A stretch of DNA of 63,196 bases, counting the filler, from Octopus bimaculoides (lineage: Eukaryota): the NCBI RefSeq assembly GCF_001194135.2. It is 4 parts of 4 records of this genome, joined end to end, with 100 filler letters (N's around TTAATTAATTAA, not from the genome) between each part and the next. Parts side by side here need not be neighbours in the genome. Positions count along the whole stretch, not along the records: positions 41,318 to 63,196 come from NC_068989.1; 3 more parts are not named here. One strand, written 5' to 3'. The stretch's first letter is position 1. Each line of letters opens with the position of its first letter. Shown here piece by piece: positions 45,057 to 59,045 of this stretch. A program made the translations under genes and the position numbers. The notes beneath the pieces are model-generated. The model had not been told where the DNA came from. It did not search any database and worked only from the letters and a program-made list of their open reading frames with translations.

Positions 45057-47329
45057 TTGTGTACGTATGCTGTTGTTTTTATTTCTAGATTTCTTGCCAA
45101 TGGGGAGGGCCAGTCTCTAACCTAGATCCAAGGCTCTTTCATTGGAATCTCTTCAACACCTACTGGGTAGTTGTGCATTTATGTATGTATATGTGCAAAT
45201 ATTTGTGTGTCTATACCTATGTCTGTCCGTCTGTCTCTATGTATGTACATACGTGCATACATATAGATCAATAGATGTGTTTTAATATTTGTTTCTATAA
45301 TTATGTATGTACAAACTTTCTGCAAAAGCTGTTCAATAACTTACATAAATATGTCGAATATAATATATTTAAATTCTCTCAGTTTTGCTTGATTTTTCCT
45401 TCTGCTAGATGGAATATGTTTGGAAATATCACATTCCCTATGGGCATCTAGTGATAAATGCACCTGCTTCAAGAATCCATGCAAATATTCCAATTTTCAA
45501 AAGCAACCTTCCTATGCTATTCTGGCATGACGGGTTTAAAATCGTTAAAAATCAATAAATAAATAAAATTTGATGCACAACTATTTCAGGAATGGCTTCT
45601 ACTGAGCATCTAGAAACAGTTTACATACTTCAGTCAAAAATTCTTTATGACTTGCTCCCCCCTGAAACTAAATTAATTTAGCATCTCCTATATTTCATTA
45701 GGTTCTGGCATCTTGAAGACAGGAAAGCTACCTTTCTTCTTGATTCATTATAATTTCTTTTCACATCAAAGAGACAGGCTGCTCACATTTTAATCATGCA
45801 ATTTGCCAAATGCACCTTTCATCGCATCATAATCTTCTCTGCTTGGTTACACTGAGAGGGGCTTTTGCTCTGTCAGCCCTTCTTTCTTTGTTCAAACCAA
45901 ACACTTTTTCAATAACACATTATCTTTGTTTATGTTTCCTTGATTCCGTGATCTTTTCCCCTCTTCCTGTTCAAGTTTAATAAGCCCAATCACATTTCCA
46001 TATTGGTGATGAGTGATCAAGCCTCTGCCCATTCTTTCCTTTTTTTGGTTTTCTGTTTTTGTCTTCCCAAGAAAAATTTTACTGACTCAACTATATTACA
46101 ATGTAGTTTGGAATCCAGAGAAAAAGACACTTGAAAGTGAGATAGAGAAACATAGAGGTGATGGTGGGGGTGGAACAGAAAGAAATGGTGGGGGTGGGGT
46201 GACTGGCCTGATCCCAAGGAAACTGCAGCCTACCGTGTCACGTTATCATTCAAGTAGAATTTAATTCAACCTTTCAGCCCTAATCAAATAAAAGTATAAA
46301 CCAACCGTTAATGAAATCATTTAACTATGAAGTGATAAAAGCTCCTTTGTATATAGGGAAATTATAATAACGAACATTGGTAACATGGGCAGAGCCAGTG
46401 ATGCCGTTAAGCCAATTAAATGTTTGTTAACCATGGTTCAAAATAAAATATGCTTGCTTCAGGCTTTCTGCTAGACAACAAGGGCTAATATCAGCCGAGT
46501 GTTTACACTGACTTCTTGATATTTTCAGTTTGTATAAAAATATGAATAAATTGGATGAATTGCTCCATAAATTTCTCCTATTTGCTTTCCTTTCTATATA
46601 ACCAACACCAACACAATTATCTTAATTTCTGCATTGAAATATTTTCTCCGAGAATATACAACAAATATACAACATCTTTTGTTGATATTACCATAAGAGA
46701 TATACTTTAAATGCAGCATCCAAATTTTCCAGAATATATATTTTGTCTATTTTGTATATTCTTTAGATTCAGCACTTATAACCACCTATTTTCTCTTCAT
46801 CCTCTTTTTTTTTTTTTTCATTTTTGTTAACTCTATCACTAACACCTTTCACTTCCACATTTACCTTTCAACAAACTTCATTTCATTTTTTTCATAAAAT
46901 AAACAGAAAAAAATGTACTGAATGGTTTAATTCTTTTGTATCAATGATTTATTGCTCTCTCTTGAGAAGTTTGGCACCTCTTCATTGCAATAGACTTTTT
47001 TTTTTTCAAATATTTACTCCCAAGAAAAGACAATGAAATAAAACTCAACTTACATATTATAAGGTTTATTTTCATATAAACGCTTATAATAAACAGATTT
47101 TCACATATTACTGCTTAGAATATTCTGCAAATGAATAACGTTGGTCAAAGTTTCAATGTGATCCCTGGTGCTATTAATAATAATTTATAACTTTTTTGCA
47201 AGGGGAAACTTTAAACATGTTCTAATTGAGCTCAGTACATTACTAATTAATTGTTTTTTCATCCCTGCTGTGATGAAATGCCTTAAAAATAAAAATAGTT
47301 TCGATAATAATAATAATCTCTCTAGCTTT

Positions 47330-47532
47330 TACACTATGCCAGCAGCTTTTATGGGAGGGGCAAGTCGATTCCACTGACCACAGGACTTGATTGGTTTGAT
47401 ACTTTATTTCGTCAACACCAAAAGGACGAGAGGGCAAAGTTGACTTCAACAGGATTTGAACTCACAATGTAAAGAACCAAGAGAAATGTTGCTATCTGAT
47501 GTGTTGAGGATTCTGCCAGTTTGCCACCTTAG
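47330..47532 (-). mobile_element. SINE family A, old and CpG-depleted
   Basis: GGCAAAGTTGACTTC and GATTTGAACTC in reverse; CG replaced by TG/CA relative to young copies. Confidence 0.75.
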
Positions 47533-47589
47533 TACTAATAAGAGCCACAAGGTCCACAAGGGCCATAGAATCGTTTCAGACAATACAGA

Positions 47590-48005
47590 GATGAAGGACA
47601 GTGGGGATTTACACAGACATACTAACAATAAAACAAAAACAATTTGTGAAAAATCTTTACAAACTCCCCAAGAGGAATAAAATGTTACCCAGGGGCAACC
47701 AAGGAACCCCACAGATCCAGAGCCACCCTTCTACTTACCAGGACCACAACTGCAAATGCTCTTTCCTCCTCCTCCATACTCCTCAGCCTACAGGCACCCG
47801 CTTAGAATAGGTCCACTCACTCAGGCCATCTTTGCCACATTCACCCACTTTTCAACAAAGTTAATGTCAGTAGGGCAGCACATCTCTCTCAACCCTCATC
47901 TTCCTTTTCTGATGGAACTTTAAAATGTCAATGAGAGTCTGGTCAAAGAGTTAAGAGTCTGTCTTCAAACTTTTTATTCTCGTCCAGCACACATCCCCTT
48001 TTGCC
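47590..48005 (-). mobile_element. 3' end of an L1/Tx1-like non-LTR element, decayed
   Basis: Minus-strand LKFHQKRKMRVERDVL...FVEKWVNVAKM followed by a purine-rich then T-rich tail; assignment by recalled resemblance. Confidence 0.4.
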
Positions 48006-48299
48006 GTAGGTAACAGATGTATTGGTTCAAGAAAACCTTTGATCAAAATTAATCTAATTGTGACCACCCTGACCTTTCATGAATGTCCAGGATTATATAA
48101 TCAACTGTGCTTTTTTCTAAAGATAGTAGCATGTGATGGGGAAGACATTTGGCTGCTATATCTAGCAGGTTGAGTGACCACATGTTTCCTCATATAATTT
48201 TGAGTTGTAGATTTGGTTGTTGTCGGGGCATAGGATAACCATGGTTGTGCATGTAAAAACCACCTTTTAAGTGTTGGGCTTCATGGAGGCAATGACAAC

Positions 48300-48537
48300 T
48301 GACCGAGACGTTCAGCAATATAGCGTGCTTGAGTGGAGTCGTGGTCATGGCAGATATTGGTATCATGCGAACTGGCATTCTCGGAGTGGTTGGTGTTAGG
48401 AAGGACATCCAGCCATAGAAAACCATGCCAAATCAGACTGGAGTCTGGTGCAGCCCCTCAGCTTGCCAGCCCTGGTCAAACCATTCAACCCATGCCAGCA
48501 TGGACAATGAATGTTAAATGATGATGATGATGATGAT
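48300..48537 (+). mobile_element. Repeat family F
   Basis: GAGTGGTTGGTGTTAGGAAGGACATCCAGC...CAACCCATGCCAGCATGG...(GAT)n. Confidence 0.85.
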
Positions 48538-48754
48538 ACCATCTCATCTTTTTTTGTTTTTGTTTTTGTCTTGCCAAACACAGTATATCTCACCATATTT
48601 TCCAAATTGCCAATTTAATAGTAAGGCATCCTTTGTGGCCAATTTGGCTGCTCTTTCTAGCTAGTTGAGCAACCCTATCTAGGCTCTTTTGTTATTCGAA
48701 ATAGTTGTTGTTGGTGTTGTTTAGCTCTCAGCCAGACCCAGATGAAGTAGATAT

Positions 48755-49146
48755 CTTTTTCTCTTTTAACTGTTATTTGTTTCAGTCTTTGGACCATGGC
48801 CAGGCTGGGGCACATCGTGAAGGGTTTGCACAAATCAATCACCCATAGTACTTCTTTCTCAAGCCTGCTGCTTATTGTATTGCTCTCTTAAACTGCAATG
48901 TTACAGGTGCATAAACAAACCAACATGGTGGGGGATAAACACATACAGAAACATACACATACAGAAACACACTCACACACACACACAGAAACGCTCTCAC
49001 ACACATAGAAACGCACTCACACACACACTCACAAGGCATATGTTGGCTTAGGGTTGTAATAGAAAATACTTGCCCAAGGTGCTGCACAAAGGGACTGAAC
49101 TTGAAACCATGTGGTTACAAAACAAGCTTCTTAACCCCACAGCTAT
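48755..49146 (-). mobile_element. SINE family B, complete, decayed
   Basis: Tail, (CA)n-rich middle, head (ACTTGCCCAAGGTG...GGGACTGAAC). Confidence 0.82.
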
Positions 49147-50034
49147 GTCTTTCATGGCCCCTGGGTCATTTTAAGACTTTTTCTAGGACAATGATATTAC
49201 CCGATATATATACTCATTGTACGATTTAAGGCAATAACATGTGATTCAAGGGATATTTGGCTACTATTTCTAGCTTTTTGAAAACCAATGTGTTCCTCTC
49301 CCTCTCTCCCTCTCTCCCACTCTACCTCTCTCTCTCTCTCCCCCTCTACCTCTCTCTCCCTCCCCGCCCTCTCTCCCCACCCCCATACCTCTCCTTCATT
49401 AGCTCACATGTGTTCTCATATGAAATGCTAAGTAAAAATATCTGCTTAGCATAAATAGATATGATTTCAAGAAATGATTTATAGAAGCGAGCAAAATATG
49501 TTTCCCATTACATTTGCAGCATTCACTCACAGAATCGTTATTATTTTTATTATTATTATTATTTAATTCAGAGTCTTATTTCTCCTCTTGCAGTTGTACC
49601 TTTACCTTGCTGTCAAAAGGTATGCAAAGAGAAAAAAAATGGAGTGTTTCTCATATTCGTTGTAAGAGTAATACAGCAGTTGAGAGAGAGAGAGAGAGAG
49701 GTGGGAGGGAGGGAGAGAGAGAGGTGGGAGGGAGGGAGAGAGAGAGGTGGGAGGGAAAGTGTTTTGCCTGTTTAGCAGCATCTGCATCTGTTGTTTGTTT
49801 GCATCTCATTCTTGTAAAAGTGTAAACAAAGTTGAATGATATGCTCTTTCTTTGCTAAGTACACACACACACACACACGTGTGTGTGTGTGTGTGTGTGT
49901 TTATATGTATGCATGTATATATGTTCAGGAAGAGAGTTTTGTACTTTTAGTCATTTAAACACCCAAAAACCTAATGGGTTCTGTAGGTTCAAGATAGACT
50001 TGTGTGTATGTGTGTGTATTTAGACACTGGTGTG

Positions 50035-50185
50035 GATGTGTGGCTGAGAATGTCACTTCCCAGTCATGTGGCTCTGGGTTCAGTTGCACTACATGGCACC
50101 TTGAAGAAATCTATTTTACTACACAGCCCTGAGCCAACTGACACCTTGTCAGTGGATTTGATAAGCAAAACGGAAAGATAACTGT
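50035..50185 (+). mobile_element. SINE family B head, decayed
   Basis: GGGTTCAGTTGCAC...GGCACCTTG...GTGGATTTG. Confidence 0.7.
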
Positions 50186-50207
50186 TATGTGTGTGCATGT
50201 ATGTATG

Positions 50208-50275
<68 letters not shown>

Positions 50276-51284
50276 CTACAAAATGCTATACACACATATA
50301 GTGGGGGAGGGTTGTATACATGTATATGCCTCAATACATTTTTTTTACATCTGCAACCATTTATACACGAGATATGTCAGGTTGTGTTGTTGCTGTCTGT
50401 TTTCTCTGATGCCTTCATTCTTTTGAAGCTGTGTGGAAGAAGAGGTCCCTTCTTTGAAAAACAGATAAGCCTTAGTGACTGGAGAGGCTCAAAAACAATG
50501 TCTCCAATTCTTCTTCCAATCCTTGCAAGGAACAGAAAAAACCAGTTGTGGACATTCCTTATTCCTCAGAACTTCATCCGTCTGGAATCTCTTCCATGTT
50601 AATATCTTTCCTGCAACATTTTGAGTAGAACATTAAATGGTGTTAGCCTCACTGGTCAGTCTCCCACAGGTCCTGCAAAGGTCATAGACATTCCTTTTTT
50701 TCCCCAAACCAAACAAAGTGAAAAAGAGGAAAAAAAGAAATATATTAGCATGAGAAAATGAATGCTAAGTTTATGATGATGATGGTGTTAGTGATGATGA
50801 TTATACAGTTTGTTATAACGACAAAGATAACGAGGTATTAATATAGTTCCTGATATCCATATGGCCCTAATTACAATTACTTAACATTTGTGCTGTTGAT
50901 GTTACTCAAAGCCCTCCCTTGTCATTTAGTTGTTATCTGGAAATAACATTTAATTAAAGCATATAACCACCATTTAGCTAATGTTTGACCTCTTTAGTAA
51001 GTATTTCATTAGATCAGCTGTGAGGGAAGTCTGTTCGCTTTGCTCATTAATGGAATATTTAGTTGGATGTGAAGCAAAGTAGAAGAAGGAAATGACATTT
51101 GTCAACAGAAGACAGTCATTCACCCTTTCTTATGTCTTCACTGTAACTAAAAATACTTCTTGTTTTCCATAGCAGTTTTATAAAATGACTTTACATATAA
51201 GATATTAGATGGTCTTCTTTTTTTACTTCATTTAAGTAGTTCACTTTGCAACCGCCTGCTTTTGGATTCAATCTCAATGCACAA

Positions 51285-51585
51285 CAGGTGTCTTCTACTA
51301 TAGCTTCTTGGGAGAGAATTTGGTGGATAGAAATTGTATGGAAGCCTAGTGTGTGTGTGGCTTTGTCTTTCTGTTTGTATGTGTATTTATATTTGCTCCT
51401 TCACCACTTGAAAACAGGTGTTGGTTTGTTTACATCCCTGTTCAGCGAAAGTGTGAGATAGAATATGTACCCAACTTTAGACTAAATAAGTATTGGGGAT
51501 GATTTGCTCAACTAAATTCTCAAAGATGGTACTCCAGCATGGCCACAGTTCAACAACTGAAACAAATAAAACATCTAAGTTAATT
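51285..51585 (+). mobile_element. SINE family B, internally deleted and decayed
   Basis: GTGTCTTCTACTATAGC head part; CACTTGAAAACAGGTGTTGG and GGTACTCCAGCATGGCCACAG tail parts. Confidence 0.75.
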
Positions 51586-51750
51586 ACAAGATCAACTTTC
51601 TCTACAAAATACAACTTAACTGGGTTTTTTTTCATTATTATCAGAATCACATCACATGATCTGTGCTCCTTTTCCTTATATGGAGAAAGGAAATTGATAA
51701 AAGCTAATTTCAACTTATTGTTTATCCACCCTCAAATGAAGCACCTGTGG

Positions 51751-51892
51751 TATCTGAGTGTATATGTCTCTATGTGTCTGAGTGTATGTCTATATGTGTC
51801 TGAGTGTATATATGCATTTATGTCTGAGTGTATAAGTTCATTTGTGTCTGAGTGTATATGTGTATTTGTGTCTGAGTATATATGTGTTTATG
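51751..51892. repeat. Minisatellite, six units of about 24 bp
   Basis: Recurring T(G/A)TCTGAGT(G/A)TAT core at 22-24 bp spacing. Confidence 0.9.
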
Positions 51893-52379
51893 CAGAAATA
51901 GAACATAGAGCCAACACAAACATGGTTCCACGAAACAATCAATAAGCAGCTGGTTGTCTTGCTCAGAGAATTCATGTCTTTCTATTCTGAAATAACTCGA
52001 CAGCCAACGGAATATTTAATGTTAGACAAAGTTGAATTTGGCACTGAAAAACAAAAAAATATATAAAGCAATAAATTAGTAAATAAATAAAAATATAAAC
52101 TATTTTTACTGCTTTACAAGATTTACTGATAAGATACTTAAATTGAAAAATTAAAAATGTATCGTCTGAACAAAGATAATGGTAGACGTTGGTTGATCTA
52201 TAGAGTGAAGAACTGCTCACTTCTTCACAAATGTGTGATCTTTAGTAACAAAGTTAATAAAACAAAAGGAATTAGTGTCAATGACTAAGTGTAACTGCTG
52301 AATAAGTTCTCTTATCAAACATATATTATTTGCACTGAGAAAGTAACTCAAGAAACTAAGACATAATATATACATGCAC

Positions 52380-52420
<41 letters not shown>

Positions 52421-54849
52421 GGGGGAGAGAGTATATGTAAAATGTATCATGTGTGAGTAAAAATTCAGATAACTTTTACAAATTCCTGCTAAAAAAATGT
52501 TCAGTTCTCTTTACACGAAGGAAGATCACATGATATATGAATGTCAGCTTATGTAAAAATAACATTGCACAGACTTTAAACTCTTGTTATTTTCAAACTA
52601 AATTTGAAGAAACACAAACGGGGGAAATTCATTACTGCAAAGCATAAATGATGGAAAGACATACAGAGTAGCAACAGAAGAAATCTTGTGGCCATGCTTT
52701 GAGTCCTTAATGAAAGAACACCTGTATAAGAATTTCTGGTTGCAGAGTCATAGTTCTTCATAAGCTTCATCTTAATTCTGGTTCCATACTGAATTTTTAT
52801 TTAGCTTTTATGATATACAAGAAAACTGAAGTTTCCAGACACACCACCTCCTTTTATTATTTCCCCCTGATGTTATATGAATTCTTGTAACCATAATTTC
52901 TCTGACTGTCTGTCTGTCTCTCTCTCTCATACCCCCCCTTCTCTCTCAGCCTTTCTCTGTCATTTCTTTCACTCTTTATATTCCTATTCTTTTCCGTGTT
53001 ATTCATCCTCAAGGAACCTTATCATTCATCCATTTCGTCCACATCTCACATCATCCATTGTTTTATTTTTGTCCTAAAAGACTGACCAATATTTCTCCTT
53101 TTCTGTCCAAATTGCTGAGTCTGGATTTTTCTCATGTTTTACTTTTTCATCCATGTGTCTTATCTCCGTGATATCATTTCCCTAAAAACTGGATACGGTG
53201 GCTAATACTGGATGATTAAAACTGAACGTTAACATATCAGGTCTCCTAAACTCATTAGGATATGAGTATGTGGAAATCAATATTATTTTCTTTTGTATAA
53301 TTTTCAGCTTCTGAAACGAAGTTTTGATAAAACGATTTCATGAATATTGCAGCAGTCATTCAAGATTTGTTTTCTTTTTTTTATATTTTCATGTCAGTGA
53401 AGTGAGAGAAGAGTATTTTTATTTGATAATCCCATTGCACTTGGATTAAAGCCCTATTAATTTATAATGGCTTCATGAAACTGTCACCCAATACATTAAA
53501 GAATAATAACGATGTAATTCAACCATTCGTTAGTTTGAATCCTCTAACTGTTCTTCTCTGTTCGTTATATAAAAGATCTGTTTGGCACAGTCTTCCAGGG
53601 TACGTTGGTTTCATCCACATTAAGTATCTGTTTTAAAGAACAGCAATCTTTGCTAATTTGGCACAAAACTTCAGCAGGTTTCTTATCACCTCAGCCTTTT
53701 TCACTTTACAAATTGATATCATGTGAATCATTCAACTTGTTCAATTTCCAAGCTGCACCTTACTTTCCAAAAATCCAGATCTACTTGATTAAGTGTTTGA
53801 ATCATCATATTTTTGTGTTTGGTTTGCAAGATTCTTGATACAAATTCATACGTTGAAACAAATCTTGTTACATCAAGGGAGGGTAATTATACTAATAAGA
53901 TCAAAACAAACACACATACAGTTTGTGTGTTTATTTTAATTTTTAGTGACATAATGACCCTCCCTAAATAGCATGCTGATTTCATTAAAATATTGTACTA
54001 CTTCTTGTCTCAAATAGCAAAACTGTCTATAAGCAATCCTTTTCAGGTTTATTTTTTTCTCTCCAAAATGATAGAACCCCCCCCCCCTCCATTCTTTCCA
54101 TCATGTTATTGTGTATGCATGACATGTGTTCTGAACTTATTAAAGATACTGAAATCATTTTGGCTCTGATTTTGTTTATTTTCTTTTCATTGTTTTAACT
54201 GTTGATTCTGTTATATTAAACTGTTTTGCAATTTCCATTAAACCTTTTATAATTTTGATGCTGATTTGATTATTTAATTTTTATTTCTTGGGAAATCAGT
54301 TTTCTTCTCCATTTTTGGTTTGGTATATGAAACTATTATTCAATCTTGAAAGCATTGAAGCATATATAAAAAAAAAAAAGCAAACCATCATGACTGTTAC
54401 GTCAGTGTACAGTCTAATTCAGTATTTGTCAAAGTGTGAAATGAGAATGAAATGAAAGGGAAGTGAGTGACCAGGATGGGAGCATGAAGATCATAAAATG
54501 ACATTTCTAAATGATAAAAACATTGAGTGAACAATAAAATATACCAGAGCCAAAACCTGTCTTAAAGTGAAACCATGCAAACCAAGTACAATGCAAAACT
54601 GAAGGAGTGCTGTGTGTGTGTGTGTGTATGTGTGTGTGTGTGTATGTGTGTGTGTGTGTGTGTGTTAAACTCTCTGCCCTTGAATCACTTTGTAATTTCT
54701 ACCATGCAAAAAGTTTTGAGTCCACTCTGCAGAGTGGTTGGTGTTAGGAAGGGCATCCAACTGTAAAAACCCTACCAAAATAGACACAATAACATAGGGT
54801 AGTTTTCTACCTGGTCAGCTCCTCTCAACCGTTTTCAGTCATGTGCTCT

Positions 54850-55340
54850 ATCTCAGTAGAAAATAAACACATTTGATGGCATTGATTTAAAAGACCAGAA
54901 TTACACTGATAAATTCCAAGAACTGCTTGATAACTTTCTTTCCCTCATCATCAGATTTGCAAAAGTTGAAATTTTGTTTGCCTTTCCTTGTAAGTCCAGC
55001 CATAGCTGATGCATTGAATGACAGTTGTTAAAAAATTGATCCTTTCCTTACAAAGTTACCTGCTGTAGGAATGGATCTATTTGAATTACAGGAGGGCTTA
55101 GGCCTAAAAGTAATTCACAATTCTCAGTCTACAATTGAATTCTGGAAACAAGTTCCAGAAATATAGTATCCTGAACTGAATAACAATGTAGCGTGTAACT
55201 CATTTGAAATTTTCAAACCAACATTCACCTGTGAAGCATTGTAATCAGTAATAACGTGAGAAAAAACAGTCTTGTGCAATCTTCTTGGAACTAATTTGTA
55301 CATCATTGACAAGGCATCAACTGGATTTTTTAATGACTGG
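54850..55340 (+). pseudogene. Decayed hAT (SPIN/Buster-type) transposase C-terminus
   Basis: MDLFELQEGLGLK..HNSQSTIEFWKQVPEI*YPEL...PTFTCEAL*SVI matches the hAT dimerisation-domain pattern FW....YP.L...T..CE..FS. Confidence 0.55.
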
Positions 55341-55854
55341 CAACCAAAATGGAAACTCACAACACCACTTCTAGCAATAAATAGTAGCTTTAATAGTTTA
55401 ATAATTATAGCTTTGTCTGTTTGTCATAAAAAATATTATGATTAGACTATAATTTTGCAATGTGGTATCTGATTAAAATATCTTGAAAACTATTGGTTTG
55501 CTTTTCTTACATATTTTCCCATTTATTTTGACCAGATATTTACCAAGACAAACAGATATCTATAAATATTTCATTTTTTTTTTTTCTCAGTTTGTTTTCA
55601 AATTTGGTTTTAGTTTTTGGCAGTCTAATTTTATGTTACTGAAATCTAAAATTCCGATTTTAACAAAACTTTCTTTTAGATATTGCAATAGTTCATTAAC
55701 ATATTAAATACATCAGAGATTTTGAATGTATTTTCAATACATGTGTACACTGAAATTACCAAAACTAATAAAAATTAGTAGTTAAAAAAAAACACATTCA
55801 TGAATAAATACTTTCCTGCATCTCCTAGTAATTATATGAAATTTTGTGACAAGA

Positions 55855-56000
55855 TCATCATCATCGTTTAACGTCCGCTTTCCATGCTAGCATGGGTTGG
55901 ACAATTTGACTGAGGACTGGTGAAACTGGATGGCAACACCAGGCTCCAATCTAATTTGGCAGAGTTTCTACAGCTGGATGCCCTTCCTAACGCCAACCAC
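55855..56000 (-). mobile_element. Repeat family F, young copy
   Basis: CATCATCATCGTTTAACGTCCGCTTTCCATGCTAGCATGGG...GGATGCCCTTCCTAACGCCAACCAC; close to 62988-63100. Confidence 0.9.
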
Positions 56001-56654
56001 TGTTCATGTAGTATTGCTCTCAAACAAGTGAAGTTGATCACGTATGGCTCTTATATCAAGATGTTTCTCAATGGAATGTTTCACAATTAGTTGGTTGCTC
56101 CTTAATGAGGACATATCCAGCTTCCATCCTCAACAAATGGCATAGAATATTCAGCCACGACATAAAGCAGTCATGAACTAATTTTTAGTGAAGATCTTGG
56201 TTTCATTTATTCATACTATAGCTAGTTCATGGTTTATTAAGTAAATAAATATTTTATGCACAATATTATAAAGCCTAGCTGTGGGTGAAATCTCAGTAGT
56301 GTAAATGCATTCCTTCATGGGCATGTGGGGTTAAAAGTTCATTTTGCTACCACATGGTTTTGAGTTCAGTCTCAATCACAACACAGAAACTGCGAGAAGT
56401 TCATTGTTTGCCTGTATCTATGTGTGTATTTCCATTTTCACTCTTCCAAAATTCACTTAACTACACCCAAAGATGCGGTGTCATTTCTGGTGTCAACAAT
56501 TTTTCACTGGTTTTGTGTGTGAAATTAGAAATCCCTTGCTTGGAAAACAGACAAGCAGGGTTGCAACAGGTACAATATCAGACTATAAAATAATGTCTAA
56601 ATAGTATATTCTTCTGATCCATGCTAGCATGGAGAAATAGATGTAAAACGAATG

Positions 56655-56702
<48 letters not shown>

Positions 56703-56870
56703 GACATATATATATATATATATACACTCACACATGTGTATGTGTGTATACACACATGCGCACACACCCACGCAGATGCACACACACACACATACAAACA
56801 CACACACACACACACACTTGATCCTCTTCAGTTTAAAATTCATCGAAAACCAAAAGTATTTTTCCCATAG

Positions 56871-56982
56871 GAAATTCAAAAGAAACTACAGTGAATCCCA
56901 ACCAGGATGTGCACTGAGTGAAAGTGAGACAGCAACTGATGCTCCCCCACCAGCTTGTTGCAAACCATTGTTGCTGGCTTGA
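56871..56982 (+). CDS. Candidate exon, (R)KFKRNYSESQPGCALSESETATDAPPPACCKPLLLA*
   Basis: TATTTTTCCCATAG acceptor; open frame to the stop at 56980; possible internal donor AAA|GTGAGA at 56924. No partner exon identified. Confidence 0.25.
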
Positions 56983-57235
56983 GTGTTTGTTACTTGAGAC
57001 ATTTCATGTTTGAAAATTTGATGAGAGGCATTCATAAACTGAGGTTCTAATACTGTGTGTGTGTGTGTGTGTGTGTGGAGAAGAGAAAGACTGAAGAAGA
57101 AGCAAACAGAAAGCAAGGCCTGGCAACTGCAGCCAAGACCACCACATCCACCCTGTCATGCACTCAATACCTGAGACTGTTCCATTCCTTACTTGGCTTT
57201 CTGAACCGTGCCAATGATGATGGTATATATACTCA

Positions 57236-57276
<41 letters not shown>

Positions 57277-58804
57277 GCTCCCTCTTGTGCTTCTTTTTAA
57301 AGGCACCAGAAAATGAAACTAGAGAAATATCAACAGCAAATAAAATTCCAATTCTTCAAAATATTGTCAGAACATTTGTTGATTTGACCCTTTACAAAAA
57401 ACTGACCCCTGGTTTAGTGAAACAGAATCTATATTATTATAGTAGACAAGTGCTGGGGTTGTATGTGTGGGGAGGGCAGGTCTCTTATCCCAAACCAATT
57501 CCATATTAAACAGAATTACGTATTTGCTTGATGTAAATTCTACTTGTGCCAATATTTTTTGTTTTTTGGGCTTCACACAATTTCCATCTACTGAATTCAT
57601 TCAAGAAACACTGGTCAGTCTGGAGCTATAATGGAAGACACTTACTTGGCCAAGGTGCCACAAAGCCATGAGGTTACCAAGTGAAATTCTTCACCATGCA
57701 GTTCTGCCTCTCCCCAGAACAGCCGAGAAAAAACAAATGATAAACAAATGGGTTGGGGGGGGGGTGATATTTTAATGGTTTTTAAGATTAAAAAAAAACA
57801 GTGGGATTTCTTCTTTTGTTTTGTTCTGTTCTGAATTTTCCATCCAAAACACTCCAATGACTTTTTATTTGACCTCCAGCATGGCACAGAATGAAATATG
57901 TTTGAAGACTTCTATTCTAGACAAGAAAATAAATATGCAGCGTTTAAAGAGAAAAACAAAACAACCACAAACAACCATCTCTTCTCGTCACATCATATTA
58001 ATGATTCGTTGTTTCAGTGATTCTCTTATCAATAATGGTTTTTAACTTACAACAAGGCTTATTCATTTATTTGTCTGCGGGCAGTGGTATTTCAATTGAA
58101 CCCCTAGTATTTGTCTGATATTGATTTTATTAAAGCACAAAAGAATAAAACATGAAGTTGATCCTACTGGAATTTCAGCAGAGAACAAAATACTTGTTGC
58201 TTAGCCCCAGGTCGACCAGTACTGAGTACATCTATGACCATATGTTGTTACTGGTTATTCGGCTCTGACTGAGCAATCCAGACCATCTCATCATTCTTTT
58301 CCCCTCTTCCAGATATGATATAATGAAATGCATTGAAGCGTTTAGTCCATTGTGTTATGACCGTTATTCCATTGATTTTAGTCAGGTCTATGTCAGTCTA
58401 TTGAGCAAAGATGTTGTGGCCTGTATCCATCACCAGTTCTATAATGTCCTTTATCTCTAATGCCTCACTGTATCCAAGGTCATAACACTCAAGTGTTGGT
58501 GAACTGAGTTGTCCAATAATGTAAATAAATTGCCAGAAATAGAGAAACAACTGTTAGTAACAAGTGCATTGTATAATTAACACATTATTAATTGCAATTA
58601 TCCTATTGGCTTCATTTTTGTCACAGGTTTCACCAGGGCATTGTCTTCATGGATTTTAGTCAACCCTAGTAATAATGATTTTATGATTTTCTTTAAGTTT
58701 TGTACTTTTCTATTAGTCAGTTTTGCCGAAGCACTAAGTTACAGGGATGTAAACAAACTAACACCAGTTTTCAAGTGATGGTGGTGATGGTAGAGGGAAG
58801 GCAC

Positions 58805-58876
<72 letters not shown>

Positions 58877-58924
58877 CACATACACAAAACAGACTTTCAC
58901 ATAGTTTCTGTGTTTTAAATTCAC

Positions 58925-59045
58925 TCACAAGACATTGGTTAGCCCAGGGCTTTAGTAGAAGAGACTTGCCTAAGGTGCTGCTCAGTGGGACTGAACCTAA
59001 AACCAAGCAATTACAAGACAAGCTTCTTAACCTCGCATCCATACA
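58925..59045 (-). mobile_element. SINE family B head
   Basis: GACTTGCCTAAGGTGC...GGGACTGAACC in reverse orientation. Confidence 0.75.

Noticed and set aside
45400-45760. Short plus-strand frames after AG sites (MEYVWKYHIP, MASTEHLETV)
   Set aside because: No convincing donors, no phase-consistent chain, no homology recognised.
51751-51892. Regularly spaced repeat superficially like a CRISPR array
   Set aside because: The intervening parts are about 10 bp of GT/AT-rich degenerate sequence rather than unique spacers; eukaryotic context with no cas genes.
55124-55372. Minus-strand 78-aa ORF with CTAG acceptor and CAG|GTGAAT donor
   Set aside because: The opposite strand is better explained as a hAT transposase C-terminus. 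Antisense exonisation is possible but unsupported.
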